Below, piece by piece: positions 44,502 through 56,571 of a DNA stretch of 64,000 nucleotides. The DNA is from Veleropilina oligotropha (Eukaryota). Made by a program: the position numbers and the translations under genes. Below the pieces are notes generated by a model. That model saw only the letters and a list, made by a program, of their open reading frames with translations, was not told where the DNA came from and ran no database searches. Every line of letters begins with the position of its first letter. Position 1 is the stretch's first letter. The DNA lies in assembly GCA_048128005.1 (NCBI GenBank), contig JBEUKZ010000081.1, positions 1 to 64,000 of the forward strand, in the 5' to 3' direction.

Positions 44502-47149
44502 TTTTATAGAAATTGTTTTGTTTATTAAATACTGTTGATCTGATATCTGGAATGTAAGCCAATGATGTGATGTGATGTTCTTGTTTTCACCTAATAAATT
44601 CTGCTTTTGAATGAATGTTTATAAATTAATGTAAATAATTATAAATATGTAGGCCTATGTGTGCTCGTACGTGTGTGTTGACTATTGACGGAAATGTGAG
44701 ATATGACCACTAGTAAAATAATTCAAAATCAATATGATAATGAACTTCTTTAGAGTTCAATTAGATCAGCTTTATTATTTGATTACTAATTGTATAGGCC
44801 TACGAGTAAGAAGTAAATATAGGGCATACAATTAATTCTTATAATAGTAGGCCTATGGAATATTTGAATAAAATTATGGGTGCGATCGAATCCTATATAT
44901 ATGAATTATCGTATCGCAATTATCTTATTGATTATTGTGTTTTTACATTATGCTACTACTTACAATACGGTATACAATAAATTATACGAAATATTTCTAT
45001 TGTTTTCTTAAACAAATCAAAATTTTCCAAAAGCCGACTTCACTCAGCCTTGATCGCTAAATATTATGATTTGTTCATTAACATTTCTTTGGATCGTAAA
45101 TAAAACAGTAGGCCTATGCAGTATTACTAAATTAAAATAAAAGAAATATTTTCAGCCTATTTATCAACAGTTTACTGGCACCTTACCCCAAAAAGCTGAT
45201 GTCTAGATGATAGTAATTAAATAATACAACTTCATACTATCTTGCGACAGCAGACGACAGTGGAGTTTGTTGACTTCAGAACGTGTTAATTTCATTGGTT
45301 CAATGTCATTTGACCTTTGACCGTTCCATGGCCTGACCTGGGGGTTGTTTGTTCGGTAAATTCCGCTTCGCGGAATTTACCGAACAATCAAACGCAACTG
45401 GAAGCCAAGACATTGACGCTAACGATTGTCCGAGATTTGGATATTTAAACTACGAAATAATTTATTTATTACTTATGACAGGCGCTATGCGCGCCTGTCA
45501 TAAGCATATTTAATGTTCAAGCGCTACGCGCTTGACACTCTTGACAAATAAATAAAATATATAACATTACCCATCACCACAGGTTCATGTCAACGCAAAC
45601 GCAAAATGGAAGCCAAGACGCTAACATTCGGTAACGATTGTCCGAGATTTGGATATTTAAACTTCAAAATAATGTATGTATTACTTTAGACAAGCGCTAC
45701 GCGCCTGTCATAAGCATGTTTAATGAAGCGCTTCACACTTTTGACAAATATATAGCATTACCCATAAGCAAAAGGCCCATATCAACGTTAAACGATCCCA
45801 GCATGCAACCCGTTTCCGTCCTAATAATCAGGAAGGTAAGGGTACACTAGATTACGTTGATCATTGATTATTTTCTACACACACGTTACCTATAGAGCTC
45901 ACACTTCGTGCTCGTTACTAATTGAAGCCCACTTACTATAGTGTGAAACCGCATTTTTAATTTTAACCGCCATTTTTACAATTTTACAATAATTAATTTG
46001 GACAAAGGTAAGGTACATCTTGTTGTCAAAATGTTTCAAGCATGTATTCTTTGAAAACTGAACAGAATATATCGGAAAGAGCAAACACACAAAAATCAAA
46101 TGTGATAAAGCCGATATTTAGAATTTTAGCCGCCATGTTGTGGGGAGACGGATATCAAGGTCGTGGAGGGCTTCAGCTGCGAAACAGTTCAGATAGCACT
46201 CACCTAATAGCCCTGAATGGAAATGTTAGATGGCACATCGGTTAAAGAACAGCTTCTTCACTGACTAAGCAGGTCGAAGGAAAGGTAAATGTCACATAAT
46301 CAATAATGCTCCGGGAAGTTAAGCAAATATACTGGTTGAGCTACATAGAAGTTAGCTGAGAAATATCGGCAAACCGACAAATCAATCAATAATACGTTAG
46401 GCAACACCCTTACCTTTGTGCATGATCAATTAAGACGATGGACCGAGCACTTTGGCCCGCCCCTGGTCGACCCGCACCAGAGGAGCAGCCTGGCATCACC
46501 AAAAGAGTTCCACTGTCATATTCATGACTTCTCAATATTCGAAGTAATTCTATTGGATTAAGCATCCTATAATCATAGCTTAATACGGCTCGTGTGGCCT
46601 GTGGATACTGCGCATGCTTAAATTCATGATATTTACATTTTGAATGCAAAATTATTTGAAGTATTTTTAGCGAGTTAGAGAGTGTGGAGATATCGATCGG
46701 TATATAGATATAGAGACATATTTCGAGCGCATCGGTCTTGTTAATTACTACGATTGATCAGAAATGGTCACACGGTCTTCAAAACATGTTATTTATAACA
46801 TCAAAATCATAATTATACATTTATATATATTTATATATTTCTAATTTCCTAGTATTATTACAGTGAAAATAAACAGTTTTCCAAATTTAAGCACCGGTAT
46901 ACATTGAAATAGTTTAAAATCCCGCGAAGCCACTTAATGTGATTTTGAGACTAAAACAAAATCATTCATCGGCATGCCGCCATTGTGGTGACGATTTCTA
47001 CCACGAAGAGGTAATAGTGATTTACATATGCGTTTATTCGATTATTACAAAATTAACATCCAGGATAAATGTTTAATTATTCGTCCTCCGATTACTATAG
47101 AAACTCCGATCCAAATATAATTTATTAATTAATGTCTATTAATTATTTA

Positions 47150-48787
47150 TCACTTCTTTTCAATCATGGAGCAAGCCAATGATCGCAGCCTTTTTCGGTC
47201 TAGTTTACCATTTTTATTCACAGGCAGATCATCAAACTCAAAGTAATACTTCGGTTTTATACCAATGCCATCGAAGGCTGCATTACTAAACAATGCACCT
47301 AGTTTGTCTTTCAATTGCTGATGGGTAAGTTCGATATGTTCTTGGAGCACGACGCAAGCACATATTTCGTTATATAGCCGATCATCTGGTACATCAATTG
47401 CCGCTACCTTTGTGACATCCGGGCAACGTAGAATTTGCTTTTCAACCTCGAGGGGATATATCAGCCTTGATCCACGCTTTATTGTCTCCATTGATCGTCC
47501 TACGATTACCAATCCGTCTTCTGCCATATATCCTAAATCTCCAGTTTTCATCCAGCCATTATCCAAAGGAAAATCTATATATTTTCCATTTACGAAATGA
47601 CGTTTGTTTATCATGCTTCGCCGTTGAAAGACATCGCCAATGACACCGTCTAGCAACACACAGCCATCGGATGCAATCTTCGACTCAACTCCGGGTAGAA
47701 TATCGCCACATAGTCCATCTGTATATTTGTATTTACCATCAGGCGTTGGTAGTATCATACCAGTCGTCACGCCTATTTCCGTTGATCCATAAAGGATGAG
47801 TGCTTGGCAATTCAGTCTTTCAATGACCTGAATATCCCTAGTAGTTATGCGTTGACCAATTAGTAGAACCGTTTTCAACTTCATTTTGCAAATAATGTCG
47901 TCGGGAGCATCATTCAAATCGCGTAGAATGTAACTCGTTAAAAGTACTCCAGTACATTCTTCCTTGCTTATTATTTCGCACAAATTTGAAATATCCTTAT
48001 TAGATATTGTATCTTTCGTATCCATGGAAACTGCTGTGGCTCCATATATAAAAGTTGCATACGGCACGCCAGCCACCCAGGCGAATGGTCTGTCGTTGAA
48101 ATATACCGCACCTTCCCACGATCCATATCCTATCAGATTCATACTATGAAAGTAGCTACAACCAATAAGTTTTGGTGAGCCGGTGCTACCACTTGTGCGA
48201 AAAAGGAAAGCTATATCATCAGGATCCGTCGTCGGCAGTGGAACATGCATATGATCGCTATCGGTTACTGTTTCTAACAATTCCAGCATAGGATGGCTTT
48301 CCATTATACCAGGTTGTATAGATTCAGTCAGGACCACTAACTCGACCGAAGGCATTTCATTTAGTGAATGGTTTATGACATCGTCGACATTTGCCATTTC
48401 GATTTCCTCACTTCCCGCATACATAAAGATAATTCTGGATTTGGTTTCGTTAGCACAGTGAACAAGATCCGCCATGTCTGTTGATACGACAACAGCTCTC
48501 GCCATCAGAGTTCCAAGCGCGCACACAATCCAAGATATTCGATTGGGGATCGCAATAGTTACGACGTCATTCTCTTTTATTCCGTGGTGTATTAAATACG
48601 CGGCCACTTTCCCAGCCTTTTCATAAATTTCATTAAAAGTAATGCGGTGTCTACTGTTATCTGGATAATATATAACAACGGCCTCCTTTACTCCCTGATT
48701 TTTAGCCCACTTTGCCATTAACGCTGGAAAAGTGTCATAAATATACGGTATCGACCGTGGATTACACCGATAAGAAGAATTCGACAT
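47150..48787 (-). CDS. Acyl-CoA synthetase (ANL superfamily), copy 3, inverted
   Basis: Intact, one residue shorter at the C-terminus; predicted intron 48788-49986. Confidence 0.9.
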   Translation of the reverse strand: MSNSSYRCNPRSIPYIYDTFPALMAKWAKNQGVKEAVVIYYPDNSRHRITFNEIYEKAGKVAAYLIHHGIKENDVVTIAIPNRISWIVCALGTLMARAVVVSTDMADLVHCANETKSRIIFMYAGSEEIEMANVDDVINHSLNEMPSVELVVLTESIQPGIMESHPMLELLETVTDSDHMHVPLPTTDPDDIAFLFRTSGSTGSPKLIGCSYFHSMNLIGYGSWEGAVYFNDRPFAWVAGVPYATFIYGATAVSMDTKDTISNKDISNLCEIISKEECTGVLLTSYILRDLNDAPDDIICKMKLKTVLLIGQRITTRDIQVIERLNCQALILYGSTEIGVTTGMILPTPDGKYKYTDGLCGDILPGVESKIASDGCVLLDGVIGDVFQRRSMINKRHFVNGKYIDFPLDNGWMKTGDLGYMAEDGLVIVGRSMETIKRGSRLIYPLEVEKQILRCPDVTKVAAIDVPDDRLYNEICACVVLQEHIELTHQQLKDKLGALFSNAAFDGIGIKPKYYFEFDDLPVNKNGKLDRKRLRSLACSMIEKK

Positions 48788-51700
48788 CTGCAAATGTAAA
48801 GTGTAATTGCAAATTATGAGCATGAATGTATACTATTTGTATACGCATTATATTATGACTGGACGATTGTAGTTCTCTACTATCTGGTATCTCAAATAAT
48901 GACACCACTATACTGCAATCTAAACAAAGCAACGCACGAAGGATAGTAACAAGAACACGATATTTTATTCTCATCTGTGTTGAAGATTATATGTGTGAGA
49001 TCTCGACTATTCACGCGAAAGAAATCACAACTCAGCCTAGATTACGTGCTCGAGATCTCACACCTATACCACAGGGTACTCGACCGTGCTCTTACCTAGG
49101 GGTCGAGATCGAATGTCAGTCTGATGAAGTCTGCTGTTCAGAGCAGACGAAAGTCTCACAAGCGAAAAACAATATAGCTTGTATAAGATAAATATCAATA
49201 TAATAAACATGTGCAAAGATCTGGTGACGAAGACTGTCGTTCAGACCAGACGAAATTGTCATAAGGTAAAAACAATATTTCTTTTGTAAGATAAATCTCA
49301 ATATAATAAATAAGCGGAATAAAGGCCAACACACACGGACAACTTTTAGTTTGTTGCTTGCGACGAGCAATGTTGGCCGAAAGCATAAACATCGCCAATG
49401 TGCAACGATCTGGTGATGAAGATTGTCGATAAAAAAATAATATTCAGGATGTTTACTGTTGAAGACAAAAGTTGCCCTTGTGCGGTGAACGAACAACTTT
49501 TGCCGTTTACGGCGAGATTATCAAATCAATCTTTTCGACCACGTCATCACATGATTACCCAAAATGGCGACTACGAAAGAATCAAATGAACAGGGAATCA
49601 TTCGCCGGATAATGTTATTCATGCGCATGTTCGATGATTGTACATATTTTTGTTGTTTGTTTGTTAATAAGCAGCGACCTTTCCAAGTAGCTCATCGAAT
49701 GAAACTTCATTCTGATTTGTGCTATCGTCTTCGGTCTTCTTCAATGACTCCTACACTATAGATTGGTATGAAACCCCTTGATCTCTCATCAACAATCAAT
49801 TACAAATTAAAAAAGATCCGTAATTGACATATGTTGGTGTCATTTTTATGTCTTGATCGGTATTTTATGGAGTATTACAATAGCTATGTATACATTTTAC
49901 TGATCATTTTCTTTGTTTTGACCTTATTTATCATCATCATATTGTGATGCAGGTACCAAATTGGTCAATATCGAACGTCTACTTACCTTTATGCTTTCTG
50001 GTAGCTGACAGTTGAACAGATTCAGGTGAAATAGTTTTGTATCAAACTTTGCATTTAGACTATGCCAAGTAACATTATATCTTGTTGGCGTAATAATTGC
50101 AATGAATAATTCTGGTCACATTCAACATAATTAATTATCATTCGTCGTCACAAAAGAACAATCTATAATAAATAGTTCTATGCACTTTACGTAAAACTAG
50201 ATGTTGAAAATGCTTACGTCATGTTAGTAGTGCAATAAAGTTAATATACCACGAGATTTCTTTTTCGGAATTGGTGCATTGATGGCATAGTTCACATGTC
50301 GAATCTTAAATACTACTTAGTTACGAAGTAGTGAAATGCAGGGTCGTAAAATGAAGTTGCCAACCAACAACCAACCAATTCATGCAATATATAATTTAGA
50401 AGCCCTTTCATTTTTCGTCCAATGAGAAAGCAGTATTTTTCGTCACTTATTGCTTAAGACGGCACTCTGTCAGGTTTTTTATTCGCGATACGTTGCCTAT
50501 TATTCGGAATAGGGGTGACAGGTAATAATCTTCATATTCATTTTCTTAAGATAATGTTAAAAAAGCAAATTATTTAGTAATGAATATTGTTTCGATAAAT
50601 TTAACAGTTTGTCAAATTTGACAATAAGAATTAATTTGTGTGGATAAATGAAACGGAGCCTCTAAGTCGGTTAGACGGCAGATTGTAGACCCTTATTAAA
50701 AAGTAGGCTCGTCCTACGGACACGCCTTCTTTTTTGTATAAGGCCCTACAATCTTCCATCTAACTATACGTAGACGAAAAGCATCCGCGGCGTTAGCTTT
50801 CCATCCTTCTGTTTCTGTGCAGTGTCGTGTATAAAGTATCGGTTTAACGACCATCATAATACGCGCAAATTTTCCTATGTTATATCAAATCGCAAGGTTT
50901 ACTGTTTAGAAATGTATTAATCTCTCCGTGGATATTGTATCATTATTACGGAGTCGCAGTTGCTAAAATACGTGTAAAAATAGCAATAGTGCGAAGCCAT
51001 AATGCGACCGTTTGATGGTTCTCATGGCAAGGGAAGCTGCCGAACTATCATTGACTGTAATTCAAACACAATAAAAAATTATTTTGAAGTCTAGTGAACA
51101 TTCGAAGAACTATTACGGACGGCAAACAAATTATAATAAGCATGATTAATGCCGAAATGTACTTGGTGGCCAACTTGGTTGTAAGCATTTTGTAAGTAAT
51201 TTGTTTGTAAGCTTCGATAAACGAATGAGCTTAAGGACACTCCTAGTGTGACCACAGATCGTGCCCTTCTCTCTAAAGCTGGTTTTACACGAGCCAATTT
51301 GTCGTCCAACTAATCGGCCAACTAGTTGGCTCCAACTCTGGTGTTCTAATGAGCAGACTTTTGGTACAACTTGTCGTTCGTCTTGTCACGAGAGATTCGA
51401 TACATTTATTACTATATCTTATATTTTATTGCTGGATATGATAATAGCTAATCCAGCATAACATTATGCAAAGAATACACACAAAAAGAGTTGGCGTCAA
51501 ATCCCATTTACTGGACTGAAGTGGAATCAGCATATTTAAGAAAGCGGAACGTGCAATATGGCGCTGACCATCTGTTTATGTATTATAGCATGTTCTTGTG
51601 ACGTTAACAACTCTTACAGTATTCGAGATTTAATGTAATTTTAATTTAATGTAACTTTGAAGGCATGACCTCTAGATGCGTATATTGTATAATCGTAGTT

Positions 51701-52680
51701 TCTTTGTATAATTTCTTTCATGTTCCATTAAGCTAAAAGTTTTCACTTAAATTTATTGTGAATACTTTACTGACCTAAAATGTCGCGAATGTATGTGGCT
51801 ACGCTCGGTGGTCTTGCTATATTAAATAATTTATAAAAACGAATACTATTATATTTTATTTTTTAAATAATTATATCTTTATGAGAAGAAAAGACATATC
51901 GACAATTTTGATGAGCAGTGATAATATCGGAAGTAGGGACACCCATGGCACATAAAAATCGTACTAAGTCCACAATCAACACGATGGTGATGTGTCGTGA
52001 TGACAACAGTCACCATATGGAAGATATATTACTATAATTAATCACTCACCCATACGCTAAAATAGAGTTAGAACTCATTTCTTACCACACACTTGTCGAC
52101 TATGTTCGCTGTGTTTATGGCTGCTAACGGAAGTGCAATGAGTGATATCATAAAACTAGTTTGAGGACTTCCTGTTGGGGTTATATGAAAAAGTTGGATT
52201 GTTAAAAAATTCGGGTTGCGGAAAATAATGCTATACAACACAATAAGTGGCTTAAATTACGAAAAATTTCGCACTAATACGCAATCCGCATTTTTGATGA
52301 TACAAAATTTTAAATTATAACCAAATGAATGCGATGGATCCTTTGACGGCGAAAAAACCAATTCAAAACGATCTATTATTAGTATTACACAACGGCTCTT
52401 TTGTTTTGAAGAGGTTGGTATTCAGCGTGAACACCTTGGGCCGAATTTACGAAAGGTGTTTTTCTCTTAATCGCGTGTAACTTTCTAAAACGGGCGATGA
52501 TCACGCGTTTATAAATAGTCATCGAATTACGAAACCTGATTATGTTACACACGACTAACTCGGGCCAAAAAGTTAGACACCCGTGTGCAAAAGACAATGA
52601 AATCCTTACACGCCTGATTGGGGTAGTTTAACTAGAGGTAATCGACGTTTGCTGGCGGACAGCCGCACACATTGGTCGCA

Positions 52681-54042
52681 ATGGATCCATTGGTGGTGTT
52701 TGAAATTGCGCAGGAAGAGATGGAAGAATACCGGGCACAAGTGCAGGGCCGTCACATGAGAGTTTTCAGGGACAGGACCAATCCGATAGAGGAATATACT
52801 AATACAGAATTCTTGAAACGATATCGGATTTCGAAAGATTCCTTTTTGGGTTTACTTGACCTACTAGGTGTGACTATTGAACATCCTACTAAACGAAGCA
52901 GAGCAATTCCTGCTTTACAGCAACTGGCCATTGCACTGCGATTTTATGCTTGCGGTTCATTTCAAGCCGTAGTCGGGGATACGTGCGGTGTATCTCAACC
53001 TACCTGTTGCCAAGTTGTGCATCGGGTTAGTGCTGCTATATGTGAAAGGAAACGTTATTTTGTGCATTTTCCTGAAACCCTAGCAGAACGAATGGCTGTT
53101 ATACAGGGATTCTACAATGTTGCACAATTTCCAGGGGTCATTGGTGCTATTGATGGCTCACATGTACCAATAGTCAATCCAGGAGGAGTCAATGTGCTGC
53201 GGTTTATGAATCGAAAAGGGTTCTACAGTCCTAACTGTCAATTAGTATGCAACCATCTCATGATGTTCACCAATGTTGTCAGCCGATGGTATGGGTCAGC
53301 ACATGACTCCAGAATATTCGAAGAGTCACGAATTCGGGGACAATTTCAAAGAGGGGAGAGGCAGGGTATTTTATTGGGGGACCCTGCATACACGTGCACC
53401 ACATTCATGTTAACACCAGTTCATAACGTGAGAAACCAAGCAGACGCAAGGTACAATCAATCACAGAGAAGAACAAGAGGCGTTATTGAAAGAGCCTTTG
53501 GGATCTGGAAGAGGAGATTCCCCTGTGTTGGAAAAGGAAATTGTTTCCGGTGTTCAGTAAGTACAAGAGAGAGCCGTTATATTATGCAGTTTGGAATGGA
53601 TTATACTATTTCTTTTAAACGAACAGGAGAGTGTTCGAATTCACGGCAGAGCAGTGCACCGTTCTGTTCGATTATCAGTCACATAAACTGGTCACTGATG
53701 CGGGTTTCCCCGAGTGACCGGGGTTGCTTCCTACGATAATATGGAATATGGTTTGAATATTAAGGTTGTAATAAAGCCGACATTAAGCATTGATCCAATT
53801 ATTAAGAAAGTGTTTATTCTTATCTATTTCAGCTTGACCACAACATGGCTATAATTGTGGCGAAAGTTTGCCTACATAATTTGTCAAAACAGCGGTATGA
53901 TCCACTTCCAAATGACTTTGATGATGTTCATGATGTTCAGATTTATTCGACAACATTTTCAGTAAGTCAAAAAGCAGTTTTATTCAATTTTACTAATTAT
54001 TGCAAAGCTTTCGACGTTTGTCGTTGTAGTATTCCGTTTTAG
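52681..54042 (+). CDS. Harbinger DDE transposase (predicted exons 52681-53556 and 53833-54042)
   Basis: GAIDGSH, GSAHDS, GDPAY, IERAFG..KRRF; a phase-0 GTAAGT...TTTCAG intron joins these to ..IIVAKVCLHN. Confidence 0.85.
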
Positions 54043-55093
54043 CATCATATGCTTTTTTCTTGCTTCTCGCAGCTTCTTGTTGTAATGTGATTAACATCAT
54101 CTTTGCGTCATGTTCTATTTTCAGATAGATACGGGCCTCGTCCGCTTTCTTCAAAACAGGAGTTGTGCATGCTGATGATGGTTTTCTGAAATAAGAGATG
54201 TATGGAGAGTAAAGGAACACCCGGCATATCTTCGTATCATCAGGATATACAACCGTTTATGGACTATAATCATTGTAAAATGTCTGCTTACCTATTGGGC
54301 TCTGACTGTAGATTAGGAGAACTGTCTTCTGCATCATGTACAATGACGCTATCCTTATCCACATCCGCATTTACCAATATCGTTGTAGTGGACCTGAATG
54401 TTTAATTTATGTATGTACTTTTTTAAATACAGAAAATTTGTATTTTGTTCTGTTGGTATTTATTAATATATTTTAACATTCATGGTCATATTTAGTCATG
54501 TCCATATTACTAGTTGAAATCGCCCGTTCCTCCCAGTTATGGGCAACTGCGACGCACTGATGTAATGGTATTATTATTGATTGGTGACAAACGTTTGTCA
54601 ATATTTACCTGTTCAAATCGCTTGTGCTTGTGGAGGGAATAGGAGAACACGGACCAGCATCCACTGGTATAATTGGGGTGTGGGGTATGGGAGAAACAGC
54701 TTCTTGTGCATCATCATCCCAGGAGTTGCGATATTGCTCGAGATCACCGGTTATTATGTTCATAATGGACATAACCTCTTCGCTTAGGTCGCCAACTACA
54801 GATTTTCCCCCGCCTGTTTGGACGATATCAATTTTCTTTGCCCTTGCTAACGATTTTGCTTTGGTTTTCATTCTACGCCATAATTCCTTTAGATCCTTCG
54901 TTGTGCAATTTGCTCTACCAGGAAAAAGTGCGACTATCTGCTTCGCAATGGTCTCCCACGCACTTTGTTTTCGTTGAGTAGATTTCGAATCATTTTTCTT
55001 GTCTTCGATGACATGTGCATGCGTTTTTACCATGTTTATCACAGCCATCCTCTCATCTTCTGTATAGTTATCTGAGCGTTTCTTTCCAGACAT
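53993..55093 (-). CDS. Harbinger Myb/SANT-like DNA-binding protein (spliced, probably three exons)
   Basis: MSGKKRSDNYTEDE...AWETIA...LKELWRRMK...TGGG; GT-AG sites near 54608, 54395, 54292 and 54187 (approximate); C-terminal coiled coil. Confidence 0.75.
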
Positions 55094-56571
55094 GTTTCTT
55101 TCTTGACTGCCCAAAGAAAACAGGCAAAATGAAATGACAATGGACACGCCAACACCACCAGACCATAACGCGTTATGAACTAGCCCACGGAATACGTGGA
55201 CAATGAAGTTAATGAACGCGAGTGTTACCAATGTACAAGTTACACGCGGACAACAAATCGCGTGATTTTCCGTCTTTGCAATAAACGATAATCACCGGTG
55301 TTTAGCCACACGCGGCTAACTCGGAAGTTACACGCGATTTGGGGTTGATCACGTGTAACTTAAGCGTGCGATGATCACCTTTCGTAAATTCGGCCCCTTG
55401 TTTTCAATGACGATTCAAAAGTATGGTGGTATAGCCATAGCGCCCTACTTTCCACTCTATACCGACCTGCGTCCGTGCAAGACGGCTAAAGCTGATCACA
55501 AGAGAAATTGACAACCAAGGAGCTAATTGGCCATTGTGTAAGTCGGTTACAAACCTCGTTAGTCGGTGTTCATCGATTGAAAGACCTGCTTCGCGGTCTC
55601 GTTGTCACGATCCGCACGGGCGCAGGTCTTTCAAATCGATGAATACCTCCAACTCGGTTAGTAACCTATACTTACACAACGGCTCTTTTGTTTTGAAGAG
55701 GTTGGTATTCAGCGTGAACACCTCGTTTTCAATGACGATTTAAAAGTAGGGTGGTATAGCCATACCACCCTACTTTTCACTCTATACCGCAGGTCCGTGC
55801 AAGACGGCTAAAGCTGATCACAAGATAAATTGACAACAAAGGAGCTAATTGGCCGTTGTGTAAGTCGGTTACAAACCTCGTTAGTCGGTATTCATCGATT
55901 TGTAAGACCTGCTTCCGTGCTGTAACACCTCGACCGCTCCGCGGTCTCGGTGTCACGATCCGCACGGGCGCAGGTCTTTCAAATCGATGAATACCTCCAA
56001 CTCGGTTAGTAACCTATACTTAGAATATTTGACCTTCTATAAAAAATTGGTCAAAAAATATATCTTTTATACAAAATCAAAGTAAACAATATAATATACT
56101 GGGACCTCACGATAATAAATATAAAGTAGTAAAATAACCATACAAAATAAATTCACCCGCTCAAAATCTTGTCCGATCGGAAGAGATATTAAATGTCCAC
56201 TGCCGTAAAATAGGTTTTACATCGTTTTATAGAGATTTGGCTGTACGAGAAATTCTACTTCCGCGATGTTCCTAAGATTAATTTTATTCTAGAAGAATGT
56301 GCGAGACTGTAATAGCCTCGTTATGGAAAAACAACCCACTGAAATCATTTCACAGGTGAACGTCAGCAGGTAAAGGTGTCCCTATCGGAAGGAGAGGGAT
56401 GTTATTTAACATGTACTTGTATGGGCATTCATCCCCACTCCATCCAATGTTCTGGAACGGGTATTACGTGAAGAAAAAGAATATTTCCGTTGAATATCCC
56501 ACAAACAGGATTTCTCTCGATACAACATAATCAACGTATCTATCTGTTGTTTGTTCCAAGTTAATTCATTT

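Larger units (their letters stand above)
34813..45914 (-). mobile_element. Helitron2/Helentron-like rolling-circle element, ~11.1 kb
   Basis: Absent from the left arm, where the site is an A/T run at about 25200. Inserted in a T-run, has short terminal hairpins, and encodes a Rep-helicase. Confidence 0.8.
32233..51276 (-). repeat. Inverted copy of the gene-bearing segment, interrupted by an 11-kb insertion
   Basis: 32233-34812 mirrors about 25200-28925; 45915-50900 mirrors about 20241-25200; 46965-51276 mirrors 59670-64000. Confidence 0.9.
52438..55396. mobile_element. Autonomous-type PIF/Harbinger transposon
   Basis: Perfect 21-bp TIRs GGGCCGAATTTACGAAAGGTG; 3-bp TSD CTT confirmed by the empty site (reverse complement at about 29221-29240); convergent transposase and Myb/SANT genes. 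Confidence 0.92.
52385..56019 (+). mobile_element. Head-to-tail dimer of the ~350-bp palindromic element; first unit interrupted by the Harbinger
   Basis: Units TTACACAACGGC...GTAACCTATAC start at 52385 and 55672. Confidence 0.65.
51934..56384. mobile_element. TAGGG...CCCTA TIR element (family of 29405-30176) with nested inserts
   Basis: TIR TAGGGACACC/GGTGTCCCTA; TCGGAAG duplicated on both sides. Confidence 0.75.

Noticed and set aside
20241..51276. Inverted arms as an assembly artefact
   Set aside because: The arms differ by many substitutions and by arm-specific insertions with proper target sites. Haplotype mis-joining cannot be fully excluded without reads.
52672..53739. Domesticated HARBI1 gene
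   Set aside because: It is flanked by TIRs and a TSD and paired with a Myb gene, so it is a transposon; the last ~60 aa of the track ORF are probably intron.
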